From NCBI GenBank assembly GCA_023473845.1, contig JAMCYA010000013.1:1-35901 (forward strand): 35,901 nt of DNA, read 5' to 3'. The notes under the pieces are model-generated. The model was not told the origin of the DNA. It saw only the letters and a program-made list of their open reading frames with translations, and did no database searches. Shown here in pieces: positions 15,774 through 24,159 of the stretch (positions are counted from its first letter, which is position 1; every line of letters starts with the position of its first letter). A program made the position numbers and the translations under genes. The DNA comes from Patescibacteria group bacterium. Lineage in GTDB: Bacteria > Patescibacteriota > Doudnabacteria > UBA920.

Positions 15774-17945
15774 ATGCTCAAACGCAAAAAATTTAAATTT
15801 TACTATCACCAGCAGGCTTTTTTACGCTTGAGCGACGGCCCAAAGCGCAGATACCCTTCGGGTAAAAAGTTCTTATTCTGGCTGGGCCGGGGCTTGTACG
15901 AAGTGGCTTACTGGGTGGGCTATGTCCTGTACGAGTTTTCCCGGCTCATAAAAGTTTTTTCCGTCACGGACTGGCGGCGTACGGGCAAGTCGTTAAAGCA
16001 GCGCTTCCACAAGTTTAGCCAGGCGCGGCCGGCCATGAACTTTACCGTGTTCGTTATTGTACTGCTTTTGCCCCTGGGCCTGATTGAGGGTTTCCGCCTG
16101 GCCGCCAAGGCCGTGGATACCCAAAACAAAGTTTTGCAGTTTACGGCCGCGGGTCTGGAGCAGTTCCAAAAAGCCAAAACCGATTTAGGCGAACAAAACT
16201 TTGCGGCCGCGGGCAACAGTTTTGCCCTGGCCGAGCGCAGCTTTAACACCGGCCGGGACGAACTTACGCAAATGGGCAGCATGCTGGGCGGCCTGGTCAA
16301 TTTGGCGCCGGTCAAACACCAGGCAGATTTGCTGGTGCAAACGGCCCAGCAGGCGGCCAGCGTGGGCTCGGAATTTTCGGCATTCGCCGAACAGATGAAC
16401 CAGCTGCAAATTACGCCAGCGGGTTTTGCCGTCACTGGCAACACTCAGTTTCCGGAGCTTATGGATCGCATGGATGCCTCCGTGGCCAAAATCAGCCGGG
16501 GGATTTTATTGATTGAAAACAACCTCCAAAACATTGACCCGAACAGCCTGCCTGCCGGCTACCGCGAAAGTTATGTGGAAAAAGCCGGCAGTTTTGCCGA
16601 GCTGGCCAAAAATTTCCAGAATCTGAAAAGCCTGTTCGAACTTTTCCGCTTAACCTTTTCCGGCCAGAACCGCATCCTGGTGGTTTTGGAAAACAACAAC
16701 GAGCTCCGGCCCACCGGCGGGTTTGTCGGCAGCTTTGCCAGCCTGAACGTGAAGGACGGCAACATTAGCACGCTGAAAATCGACAGCATTTACGCGCTCG
16801 ACGGCCAGCTGCAGGACAATATTGCGCCGCCTCAGCCCGTGCTCAACGTCAATAACCGCTGGTACATGCGCGACGCCAACTGGTTTGCCGATTTTCCGGA
16901 TTCCGCGCGCAAGCTATCCGCTTTTTACGAAAAGGAAGGCGGGGAAACGCCCGATATCATTATCGCCCTGACGCCTAACCTGATTATCGATTTGCTGCGC
17001 CTGACCGGGCCGGTGGACATGCCCAAGTACAACGTAACCCTCACGCCTGATAATTTTGTGGAATTGACCCAGGTGGTCAGCTCGGAATACGCCACCATGC
17101 CGGAAAATAAACCCAAACAAATTTTGGCCGACCTGGTGCCGGTGCTCTTCGACCGCCTGGCCAAGCTGGCGCCGGACCAAAAGCCGCAGTTTCTGGAAGC
17201 CTTGCAGAAAAATTTGAACGAGAAGCAGATTTTGCTATACTCCCGGAACGAGCCGCTGCAGAATTTGTACCAAAGTTTTAACTGGTCCGGGCACATTCTG
17301 GACACGGATCGCGACTACTTGTCGGTTGTGGGTGCAAATTTGGGCGCCACCAAGAGCGATCTTTACGTGGATCAAAGCATAAAACTGGTTACGGACATCG
17401 CGCTTGATGGCACAATTACCAACCACTTGACCATTACCCGGCACAACAAGCTGCCGCTTTTGGACCAGACTTTCAATAACAGTTTTATCCGCGTGCTCGT
17501 GCCCGCCGGCTCCAAGCTTCTGGAAAACCAGGGTTTCGATTACAAAGTATTGGACATGCAAAAACCTTTGGATCAAAAAACCGATGAAGAGGTTATGGCC
17601 TGGGAAAAGGGCGCGGTGCGCGACCTGGTCAGCGGCACGACCATTGGCACGGAAAGCGGTAAAACGTTCTTCGGCAACTGGCAAAAGCTGGACGGGGGGC
17701 AGACGCGCGACATAAATCTGGTCTACCAGCTGCCGTTTAAGCTAAAAGACATCGACCGCTACAGCCTGCTGCTGCAAAAGCAGCCGGGTGCGCAGAACCA
17801 AAATTTTACCCAGGAAGTGCACTTCGACAACCGCCGTTTGGAATGGTCCAATTTCCAGCCCCAGGACCTGACTGCCGATTCGTATTCCCAAACTTTGGAA
17901 TTAAACCGCGACCAGGTGCTGGGCGCCGTGTTCGTAAGGCGCTAA
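15774..17945 (+). CDS. Large membrane-anchored extracytoplasmic protein, DUF4012-like
   Basis: One TM helix (FTVFVIVLLLPLGLI) near aa 90. The block VVLENNNELRPTGGFVGSFA matches, from memory, the DUF4012 signature. No enzymatic motif is recognised. Confidence 0.6.
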   Translation: MLKRKKFKFYYHQQAFLRLSDGPKRRYPSGKKFLFWLGRGLYEVAYWVGYVLYEFSRLIKVFSVTDWRRTGKSLKQRFHKFSQARPAMNFTVFVIVLLLPLGLIEGFRLAAKAVDTQNKVLQFTAAGLEQFQKAKTDLGEQNFAAAGNSFALAERSFNTGRDELTQMGSMLGGLVNLAPVKHQADLLVQTAQQAASVGSEFSAFAEQMNQLQITPAGFAVTGNTQFPELMDRMDASVAKISRGILLIENNLQNIDPNSLPAGYRESYVEKAGSFAELAKNFQNLKSLFELFRLTFSGQNRILVVLENNNELRPTGGFVGSFASLNVKDGNISTLKIDSIYALDGQLQDNIAPPQPVLNVNNRWYMRDANWFADFPDSARKLSAFYEKEGGETPDIIIALTPNLIIDLLRLTGPVDMPKYNVTLTPDNFVELTQVVSSEYATMPENKPKQILADLVPVLFDRLAKLAPDQKPQFLEALQKNLNEKQILLYSRNEPLQNLYQSFNWSGHILDTDRDYLSVVGANLGATKSDLYVDQSIKLVTDIALDGTITNHLTITRHNKLPLLDQTFNNSFIRVLVPAGSKLLENQGFDYKVLDMQKPLDQKTDEEVMAWEKGAVRDLVSGTTIGTESGKTFFGNWQKLDGGQTRDINLVYQLPFKLKDIDRYSLLLQKQPGAQNQNFTQEVHFDNRRLEWSNFQPQDLTADSYSQTLELNRDQVLGAVFVRR

Positions 17946-17952
17946 CCCAATT

Positions 17953-19536
17953 ATGCTTGGCCTAAAAAATCTGGAAACCAATTTTAACAGCTCCAAAGCC
18001 GCGCTCATCGTGGGCTTTTTAACGCTGGCCTCGCGCTTGGTGGGGCTGCTGCGCGACCGCTTGTTTGCCTCCAAATTCGGGGCGGGGGATATCCTGGACG
18101 CATACTACGCCGCTTTCCGCATCCCGGATTTAATCTTCAATTTACTGGTATTGGGCACGCTGTCCGTGGCTTTTATTCCCGTGTTTACTTCCCTGCTGAT
18201 TAAAGACAAGCAGCGGGCCATAAAAAACGCCAACACCGTACTCAATTTTTCCGCGGGCATTATGACTCTCTTTTGCCTGCTGCTCTTGCTGCTCTCCAAA
18301 CCGCTCACGCATTTGCTGGTCCCGGGTTTTACGGGGCAAAAACTGCAAAACACCTTGCTCTTGACCCGCATCTTCCTGCTGTCGCCGATAATTTTTACCA
18401 TTTCCAACGTCTTTAGCAGCGTGCTCAATGCCAGCAAGCGTTTTTTCATCGTGGGTTTTGCGCCCGTGCTCTATAACCTGGGCATCATTTTCGGTCTGCT
18501 GGTCTTGTACCCCAAGCTGGGCATTATGGGTTTGGGTCTGGGCGTTATTTTGGGCGCCGTGCTGCACGCGCTCTGCCAAATCCCCGAAGTGCTGTCGTTG
18601 GGCTTTTCTTGGCAGCCGGTTTTGGATATTAAAGACGAAGCCGTGCGGAAAATCGGCCGTCTGTTCTTGCCCCGCATTATTGGCGTGGATAATTCCCAGG
18701 TCAGCCTGCTTATCGGTTCCGTGGTCGGTTCGGTTTTAGCTTCCGGCTCCATTGCGGTTTTTACTTTGGCCAACAATTTGCAGGCCGTGCCTGTGGGTAT
18801 TTTTGCCATTTCTTCGGCCGTGGCCATTTTCCCCGTGCTCTCCGAAGAGTATGCCCGGCAGGAGCACGAAAAATTCCTGAACAGTCTGCGCGAAACCATT
18901 GTGCAGATTTCTTTTTACATTATCCCCATCAGCATCCTGCTTTTGCTGCTCCGGGCCCATGCCGTGCGCCTGGCTTTTGGCGCAGGTAAATTTAACTGGG
19001 ACGATACGCGCGCCACGTTCCAGGTATTGGGCATTTTCAGCATTTCGCTGTTCACCCAGGCGCTCTCACCCCTGTTCTCCCGAGCTTTTTACGCGCGCCA
19101 CAATACCAAGATTCCGGTAGTCATCAACCTGGGCGCTATGGCTCTAAACGCCTTTCTGGCGTATTATTTGGGCCTGAGAATGGGGATTTCCGGGGTTGCC
19201 TGGGGTTTTACCCTTTCCAGCATTTTAAACGCCATAGCCCTGTTTGTGGTCTTGCACTACAGCCTCTCTGAATCCGTGGACAATAGCCACGCCCTCCGCT
19301 TGTTTGACCAGCAGCTCGTTGACAGCCTGCTTAAAATTTTGGCCGCGAGCTTGGCCATGGGCCTGGTAACCTACGCCTGGCTGTATGCGCTGGCACCCTG
19401 GCTGGATACCCACACGGGCTTGGGCCTTTTGGTCCAATCTGGGGTATCCGCGTTCTTTGGCCTGAGCACTTTATTTGTTTGCGCATATTATGTAAAATTA
19501 CCCCAGGCTGTTCGATTGGCCAGGAAGCTGTTTTAA
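17953..19536 (+). CDS. murJ: Lipid II flippase MurJ (MviN)
   Basis: 527-aa polytopic protein whose N-terminus RLVGLLRDRLFASKFGAGDILDAYYAAFRIPD is typical of MurJ. Confidence 0.9.
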   Translation: MLGLKNLETNFNSSKAALIVGFLTLASRLVGLLRDRLFASKFGAGDILDAYYAAFRIPDLIFNLLVLGTLSVAFIPVFTSLLIKDKQRAIKNANTVLNFSAGIMTLFCLLLLLLSKPLTHLLVPGFTGQKLQNTLLLTRIFLLSPIIFTISNVFSSVLNASKRFFIVGFAPVLYNLGIIFGLLVLYPKLGIMGLGLGVILGAVLHALCQIPEVLSLGFSWQPVLDIKDEAVRKIGRLFLPRIIGVDNSQVSLLIGSVVGSVLASGSIAVFTLANNLQAVPVGIFAISSAVAIFPVLSEEYARQEHEKFLNSLRETIVQISFYIIPISILLLLLRAHAVRLAFGAGKFNWDDTRATFQVLGIFSISLFTQALSPLFSRAFYARHNTKIPVVINLGAMALNAFLAYYLGLRMGISGVAWGFTLSSILNAIALFVVLHYSLSESVDNSHALRLFDQQLVDSLLKILAASLAMGLVTYAWLYALAPWLDTHTGLGLLVQSGVSAFFGLSTLFVCAYYVKLPQAVRLARKLF

Positions 19537-19554
19537 GAAAGACCCCCGAAGGAC

Positions 19555-21348
19555 ATGGACCTGAAGCATATCCGAAATTTTTGCATCATTGCGCATATTG
19601 ACCACGGCAAATCCACGCTCGCGGACCGGCTTTTGGAAGTTACCCACACAGTTGCCAAACGGGACATGAAAAGCCAGCTTTTGGACACCATGGATTTGGA
19701 GCGGGAGAGGGGCATTACCATCAAGCTCCAGCCCGTGCGCATGGAATACACGCTGAATAACGAAAAGTACCTTTTGAATTTGATTGATACGCCGGGTCAC
19801 GTGGATTTTACCTACGAAGTTTCGCGCTCCTTAAACGCCTGCGAGGGCGCTATTTTGGTGGTGGATTCCACCCAGGGCATCGAGGCCCAGACTTTGGCCA
19901 ACGTGCACTTGGCTTTGGAGCACAACCTAAAGCTAATTCCCGTGGTCAACAAAATAGACTTGCCCAACTCCAACCGCGAGGAAACCGCGCGTGAACTTAT
20001 GGACGCGTTCGGCTTTGAGGAAAACGAAATCCTTTACGCTTCCGGCAAAACCGGCGAAGGCGTGGAGGGCATACTTAAGGCCATTATTGAGCGCGTGCCC
20101 GAACCCGTGGGCGATTCCAAAAAGCCGCTTAAGGCCCTGATATTTGATTCCAGCTACGACATCCATAAAGGCGTGATTGTGTTTGTGCGCGTTATGGATG
20201 GCGAATTGTTCCCGCGCGAAAAAATTTGGCTCATGGGCAGCAAGACCGAGGCGGAAAGCCTGGAAGTCGGCTACTTTAACCCCAAGTTCGAAAAATCCGG
20301 CCAGCTTAACACCAGCGAAGTGGGCTACATTGTTACGGGCTTGCGCGATGTCAGCCGCGCGCGCGTGGGCGACACGGTGACTCTGTTCGAAGGACGCCAA
20401 ACAGTAGAGCCCTTGCCCGGCTACAAGCAAATTAAGCCCATGGTCTATGCCACCATTTTTCCCACTTCGGGCGACGACTATCCGCTCTTGCGCGATGCCA
20501 TAGAAAAGCTCAAGCTTTCGGACGCGGCTTTGGAATTTGAACCCGTGAACATTCCCAGCATTGGCTTTGGCTTCCGCACGGGCTTTTTGGGTTTGCTCCA
20601 CATGGATATTGTGCAGGAGCGCTTAACCCGCGAATACAATTTAGATTTGGTGCTCACCGCGCCTACTGTGGCTTACCGCGTGGTCAAAAACAGCGGCGAG
20701 GAAGTGCTTATCCATAACCCCGCGGAATTCCCGGACCCTTCGCACATTAAGGAAATTTTTGAACCCTGGATGGCGGTCAACATTTTAACTCCCAGCGACT
20801 ACATTGGGCCAATTATGGAAATCGCCACCCAAAGGCGCGCCATTTCCAAGGACATTAAATACATTGGCAAGGACCGGGTGGACATGATTTTCGAAATGCC
20901 TTTGGCCAACATCATTACCGACTTTTACGATAAGCTAAAAAGCGTGTCCTCGGGCTACGCCAGCCTGAACTACGAATTTATGGAAGAGCGCCCGGGTGAT
21001 TTGGTCAAAGTGGATATTTTAGTGGCCAGCGAGCCTGTGCCGGCCATGGCCGCCATTATGCACCGCTCCACCGCGCACATAGACGGCAAGGAACTGGTGG
21101 AAAAGCTCAAAACGCTTATTCCCCGCCATCAGTTTGAAATTGCCATCCAAGCTGCCATTGGCGGCAAAATTGTAGCCCGCGAAACCATTTCGGCTTTGCG
21201 CAAAGACGTAACCGGCTACCTCTACGGCGGCGACGTTACCCGCAAAATGAAGTTACTGAATAAGCAAAAAAAGGGCAAAAAGCGGATGAAGAAGATTGGG
21301 AAGGTTGATATACCCCAAGAAGCCTTTTTGGCAGTGTTGAAAAAATAA
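19555..21348 (+). CDS. lepA: Elongation factor 4 (LepA)
   Basis: G1 AHIDHGKST, DTPGH and NKID motifs plus a LepA-specific C-terminal domain ending in a KKGKKRMK tail. Confidence 0.97.
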   Translation: MDLKHIRNFCIIAHIDHGKSTLADRLLEVTHTVAKRDMKSQLLDTMDLERERGITIKLQPVRMEYTLNNEKYLLNLIDTPGHVDFTYEVSRSLNACEGAILVVDSTQGIEAQTLANVHLALEHNLKLIPVVNKIDLPNSNREETARELMDAFGFEENEILYASGKTGEGVEGILKAIIERVPEPVGDSKKPLKALIFDSSYDIHKGVIVFVRVMDGELFPREKIWLMGSKTEAESLEVGYFNPKFEKSGQLNTSEVGYIVTGLRDVSRARVGDTVTLFEGRQTVEPLPGYKQIKPMVYATIFPTSGDDYPLLRDAIEKLKLSDAALEFEPVNIPSIGFGFRTGFLGLLHMDIVQERLTREYNLDLVLTAPTVAYRVVKNSGEEVLIHNPAEFPDPSHIKEIFEPWMAVNILTPSDYIGPIMEIATQRRAISKDIKYIGKDRVDMIFEMPLANIITDFYDKLKSVSSGYASLNYEFMEERPGDLVKVDILVASEPVPAMAAIMHRSTAHIDGKELVEKLKTLIPRHQFEIAIQAAIGGKIVARETISALRKDVTGYLYGGDVTRKMKLLNKQKKGKKRMKKIGKVDIPQEAFLAVLKK

Positions 21349-21353
21349 TTTTG

Positions 21354-21362
21354 TGATATACT
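21354..21362 (+). promoter_or_regulatory. Extended -10 promoter element for the AT-rich cassette
   Basis: TGa-TATACT sits 6 nt after the lepA stop. The same 9-mer recurs at 22682-22690. Confidence 0.4.
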
Positions 21363-21386
21363 AGAGACACTAGTAAAAATACGCTT

Positions 21387-21554
21387 ATGAAAAAAGACAA
21401 AAAAGTAATCAAAGTATCGGGTGTGGAAAGAGAGATTTTGAGAGAAATTGTTCGCTCAGAAAAGGCAAATATTAGGGTGTTTAATTTGCAAAACAAGAGC
21501 GAACATAACAGATATGAACGTACACTACAAAGTTTAGACAATAAATTATCGTAG
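21387..21554 (+). CDS. Small basic hypothetical protein (55 aa), below the ORF-track length cutoff
   Basis: Hand translation gives MKKDKKVIKVSGVEREILREIVRSEKANIRVFNLQNKSEHNRYERTLQSLDNKLS. It lies in the same AT-rich block as the DUF3800 gene and 12 nt upstream of it. Confidence 0.35.
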   Translation: MKKDKKVIKVSGVEREILREIVRSEKANIRVFNLQNKSEHNRYERTLQSLDNKLS

Positions 21555-21566
21555 GGTGATAAGGAT

Positions 21567-22295
21567 ATGTTTGTCGCATGTGATGAAAGTGGAATACAGG
21601 CTTCAGATAAATACCTGGTAATCGGTTCGGTCTGGATGTCTAAATCTAAACTATCAGAATTCGAAAAAAAGGTTACAACACTAAGGTTAAATTCGAAGTG
21701 CTGGGGCGAAATTAAATGGAACAAGGTTAGGAGCATGTCTAACGACATGCTTTCTTTTTATAAATTTTTTATTGATTTAGCCTTTGATGATATCCCCGTA
21801 TGTTTTCGTTTCGTTGTAGTAGAAAAATCTCTTTTGAACTTAAAAAAATACCACGAAAACAGCATAGAATTAGTTCGTTTAAAATTTCTACACCTTCTTA
21901 TCAGTAGATATGCCGATAAATTTCTTGATGGCAAAACAAAAAAAGGTTTACATATAGTTATTGACGAATTTGAAGAGAGCAGGCAAGCAAAGGAAGAACA
22001 TTGGCAACAAAAAACTAGAAAATATACCGAGTCACACCTTGAGTGCCCAATTGAGCATATGCAACCATGTAATTCCCACATATGTTCATTGGTTCAGCTT
22101 TGTGATTTGTTTACTGGGGCGACTTCTTATTCTTGGAATACACCTGAAAGCAAGAGGCGGTTGCAAAAAAATGAACTTGCAAATTATATTGAGAGAAAAA
22201 CTGGTAAAAAACTAGACTCTGTGACCTTACCAACAGAAAAAGAGTTTAACATGTGGAGATGGAAACCCAGCCCATTCAAACAGACATTTTTATAA
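21567..22295 (+). CDS. DUF3800-family protein
   Basis: N-terminal MFVACDESG motif, GEIKWNKV, and C-terminal VQLCDLFTGA block, as I recall for PF12686. The gene is about 30-35% GC against about 50% in the flanks. Confidence 0.7.
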   Translation: MFVACDESGIQASDKYLVIGSVWMSKSKLSEFEKKVTTLRLNSKCWGEIKWNKVRSMSNDMLSFYKFFIDLAFDDIPVCFRFVVVEKSLLNLKKYHENSIELVRLKFLHLLISRYADKFLDGKTKKGLHIVIDEFEESRQAKEEHWQQKTRKYTESHLECPIEHMQPCNSHICSLVQLCDLFTGATSYSWNTPESKRRLQKNELANYIERKTGKKLDSVTLPTEKEFNMWRWKPSPFKQTFL

Positions 22296-22304
22296 TCTTA
22301 CTTT

Positions 22305-22344
22305 AAAAACAGGACGTCCCCGGCGCGGTTGGGGACGTCCTTTT
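22305..22344. terminator. Bidirectional terminator between convergent genes
   Basis: Perfect 11-bp stem aggacgtcccc / ggggacgtcct (22311-22321 / 22331-22341), flanked by AAAAA on the left and TTT on the right. Confidence 0.7.
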
Positions 22345-22361
22345 GAATGCGGTAAACACCG

Positions 22362-22670
22362 CTAGGGCCGGAGGGCAACGGGGATGAATCCGTTCTCGTG
22401 TGCACTGGTAGCGTACCGGAGAAAGGTTTCCTCGGATAGGGCAACGCCCCTGCCCAGGAGTAACCCTATTTCCCATAGGAGCTCCTGGATGCGCGTCTTG
22501 GCCATTTCGGGTGTCCACCCGAAGATGGTGGCCGCCTTGACCACCAAGGCCTTGAGGCTCTGGTCGTTTTCATTTGCCCGGAATTGCGCATGTGCGCCCT
22601 TCAAGGCTTCAACTTCCCCCGTCTGTATTTTCAGCATAAATCCAGTATATTCCTTTTTATAAATAGGCAA
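22362..22670 (-). CDS. Hypothetical helical protein (102 aa from a TTG start, or 91 aa from an internal ATG)
   Basis: Protein-like composition, unlike the S/R/P-rich plus-strand shadow ORF. It has a terminator downstream and an extended -10 element upstream. No motif is recognised. Confidence 0.5.
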   Translation of the reverse strand: MPIYKKEYTGFMLKIQTGEVEALKGAHAQFRANENDQSLKALVVKAATIFGWTPEMAKTRIQELLWEIGLLLGRGVALSEETFLRYATSAHENGFIPVALRP

Positions 22671-22681
22671 AAGCCCAAATC

Positions 22682-22690
22682 TGATATACT
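22682..22690 (+). promoter_or_regulatory. Extended -10 element for the 22721 gene
   Basis: TGa-TATACT. Confidence 0.4.
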
Positions 22691-22696
22691 ATAACA
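22688..22696 (-). promoter_or_regulatory. Extended -10 element for the 22670 minus-strand gene, overlapping the plus-strand -10
   Basis: The minus strand reads TGt-TATAGT. It shares 3 bp (22688-22690) with the plus-strand element. Confidence 0.4.
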
Positions 22697-22720
22697 ACTA
22701 TTTATTATTCAAATCTTTAA

Positions 22721-23329
22721 ATGAAGAACGAAGAAAAAAAGTCACGGATTAGCTGGTTAATGGAAAACATTAGGGCTTTGCAGAGCGAGCTGGACGCGGA
22801 ACTCGCCAAGCAGCGGGCAAGATTGTCTTACGGCCTGGAAAAGGGGAGGGCGGTTTTTGAGCAGGAAATTTTAAGAAGGCAAAAAGAACTTAAGATTAGC
22901 CTGTTTAAATACGTAACTCATGCCAATATTTTAACTGTGCTCACTGCGCCGGTCATTTATGCCATGATTGTGCCGTTTGTATTTTTGGATATCTGCGTGA
23001 GCATTTACCAGTTTGTGTGTTTTCCGGCTTACGGCATTACCAAAGTAAAGCGCAACGACTACATTGTTTTTGACCGCGAATACCTGGCCTACTTGAATTT
23101 GCTGCAAAAAATTAACTGCGGCTACTGTTCCTATGCCAATGGCGTGGCCGGGTATGTGCGGGAAGTGGCTGGCCGCACGGAAGAATACTGGTGCCCCATT
23201 AAGCACGCCAAAAAAATGGTTAACGCCCACGAGCACTACAAAAACTTTGTGGAGTTCGGGGATGCCGAAAGCTTCCGCGAATTAATGAAGCACGAGCCGG
23301 ATTTACACAAAGAGGCAAAAGAAAGCTAG
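22721..23329 (+). CDS. Hypothetical membrane protein with an N-terminal coiled coil, a TM hairpin and a Cys/His-rich C-terminal domain
   Basis: Hydrophobic hairpin ILTVLTAPVIYAMIVPFVFLDICVSIYQFVCF. C-terminal INCGYCSYANG (CxxC) and YWCPIKHA, followed by HEH. Confidence 0.6.
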   Translation: MKNEEKKSRISWLMENIRALQSELDAELAKQRARLSYGLEKGRAVFEQEILRRQKELKISLFKYVTHANILTVLTAPVIYAMIVPFVFLDICVSIYQFVCFPAYGITKVKRNDYIVFDREYLAYLNLLQKINCGYCSYANGVAGYVREVAGRTEEYWCPIKHAKKMVNAHEHYKNFVEFGDAESFRELMKHEPDLHKEAKES

Positions 23330-23333
23330 GGCA

Positions 23334-23362
23334 TTGACAAAACTCCTGAATTTGGGTAAATT
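23334..23362 (+). promoter_or_regulatory. Promoter of the 67-aa gene
   Basis: TTGACA (23334-23339), 17 nt spacer, TAAATT (23357-23362). Confidence 0.55.
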
Positions 23363-23410
23363 ACCAAGTTATCTGACCGCGTATCCCAAATCACAAGGAG
23401 TGAAACAATA

Positions 23411-23614
23411 ATGAAAGGCAAGTCGGAAGACATCCACACGGTAATGAACTTCACCGCCGATGGGGAAATCCATTTTACCCAGCACGAGCCGGACGACTGT
23501 CCGGTGCACGGCAACGGCCAAACCAAAGGCAAGAGCCACGTTGGCTCAACTGCAGCGTTCCGCCTTGGCTGGGACGAGTGGCAAGCCCGAAGCCGCAAGG
23601 CCAACCTCAACTAA
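23411..23614 (+). CDS. Small hypothetical protein (67 aa)
   Basis: AAGGAG lies 10 nt upstream of the ATG. The gene has its own promoter and its own terminator. No motif is recognised. Confidence 0.5.
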   Translation: MKGKSEDIHTVMNFTADGEIHFTQHEPDDCPVHGNGQTKGKSHVGSTAAFRLGWDEWQARSRKANLN

Positions 23615-23641
23615 CGGCCTCATACTGGCCTAATCTAACCC

Positions 23642-23687
23642 GCGCGTTCCCTGAAAGCTCCGGCTAAAGGGGAACGCGCTTTGTTTT
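23642..23687 (+). terminator. Rho-independent terminator
   Basis: 10-bp stem gcgcgttccc / gggaacgcgc (23642-23651 / 23670-23679), then TTTGTTTT. Confidence 0.6.
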
Positions 23688-23761
23688 GCTGACAAAATGA
23701 AAACGACTGCGCGGCAAAGGGGACCGGCAGCCGTTTCCTTGTTGGAGCGGAGGCGGATAAG

Positions 23762-23935
23762 CTACGGCACAGCGGCTGTAGCGGCGGTACTGGGCGATGG
23801 GGGGTTAGTGGTTTGCGCCACCTGTTGGTTTTTGGCCAAATGGAGCAGGAAAATGACGCCTGCCACAATGAAGAATAACCGAAGCAGCCACATGGCTGCA
23901 AGCGATTGCTGTTGACGACGGTTCCGTCTGCTCAT
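23762..23935 (-). CDS. Small single-TM membrane protein (57 aa)
   Basis: MSRRNRRQQQSLAAMWLLRLFFIVAGVIFLLHL..., with GGGAGGG upstream of ATG 23935. The longer 123-aa track ORF would run across its own promoter. Confidence 0.5.
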   Translation of the reverse strand: MSRRNRRQQQSLAAMWLLRLFFIVAGVIFLLHLAKNQQVAQTTNPPSPSTAATAAVP

Positions 23936-23971
23936 ATCTTGAGAAACCCTCCCTATGGTTTCTAATTGCAA

Positions 23972-24000
23972 ATTATATGGGCTTTTGCATCCAGTGTAAA
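23972..24000 (-). promoter_or_regulatory. Promoter of the 57-aa minus-strand gene
   Basis: The minus strand reads TTTACA (24000-23995), 17 nt spacer, TATAAT (23977-23972). Confidence 0.55.
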
Positions 24001-24035
24001 GGCGGGCTTGTGTATAAGCCTTGGGGTCAAAAATG

Positions 24036-24044
24036 TGGTAAAAT
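24036..24044 (+). promoter_or_regulatory. Extended -10 promoter placing the TSS on the ATG at 24051
   Basis: TGg-TAAAAT. The last base of the -10 box is 7 nt before the A of the ATG at 24051. Confidence 0.45.
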
Positions 24045-24050
24045 ACAGGC

Positions 24051-24155
24051 ATGTTTAACAACCGCAAGCTGGTAAACAAAATTATGTACGGCCTGGCCAT
24101 TGTAATGGTATTAGGCCTGGTCATAATGACCATTGGCGCGGCGTTTTTGCAGTAA
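24051..24155 (+). CDS. Small TM protein (34 aa), below the ORF-track length cutoff and possibly leaderless
   Basis: Hand translation gives MFNNRKLVNKIMYGLAIVMVLGLVIMTIGAAFLQ. It ends 4 nt before the next gene. Confidence 0.35.
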   Translation: MFNNRKLVNKIMYGLAIVMVLGLVIMTIGAAFLQ

Positions 24156-24159
24156 ACCC

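Noticed and set aside
21236-21748. 170-aa minus-strand ORF spanning the lepA end and the DUF3800 start
   Set aside because: It overlaps two well-supported plus-strand genes and the intergenic promoter, and its sequence is low-complexity S/L/F-rich.
22384-22662. 92-aa plus-strand ORF opposite the 102-aa minus-strand gene
   Set aside because: Its S/R/P/C-rich composition is not protein-like. It would begin immediately after a strong terminator with no promoter. The minus-strand frame reads as a plausible helical protein.
22296-22720. Possibility that this GC-rich stretch, open on both strands, is a structured RNA (tmRNA, RNase P RNA, SRP RNA, 6S)
   Set aside because: I found none of the conserved blocks of those RNAs: no tRNA-like T-arm plus CCA end, no GAGGAAAGTCC-type P4 element, and no SRP GGAA/AGCA motif pair. 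A coding interpretation fits better.
23326-23915. Minus-strand ORF 23326-23610 (94 aa) and plus-strand ORF 23697-23915 (72 aa)
   Set aside because: Each is antisense to a small ORF that has a canonical promoter and a strong SD. They themselves have no initiation signals.
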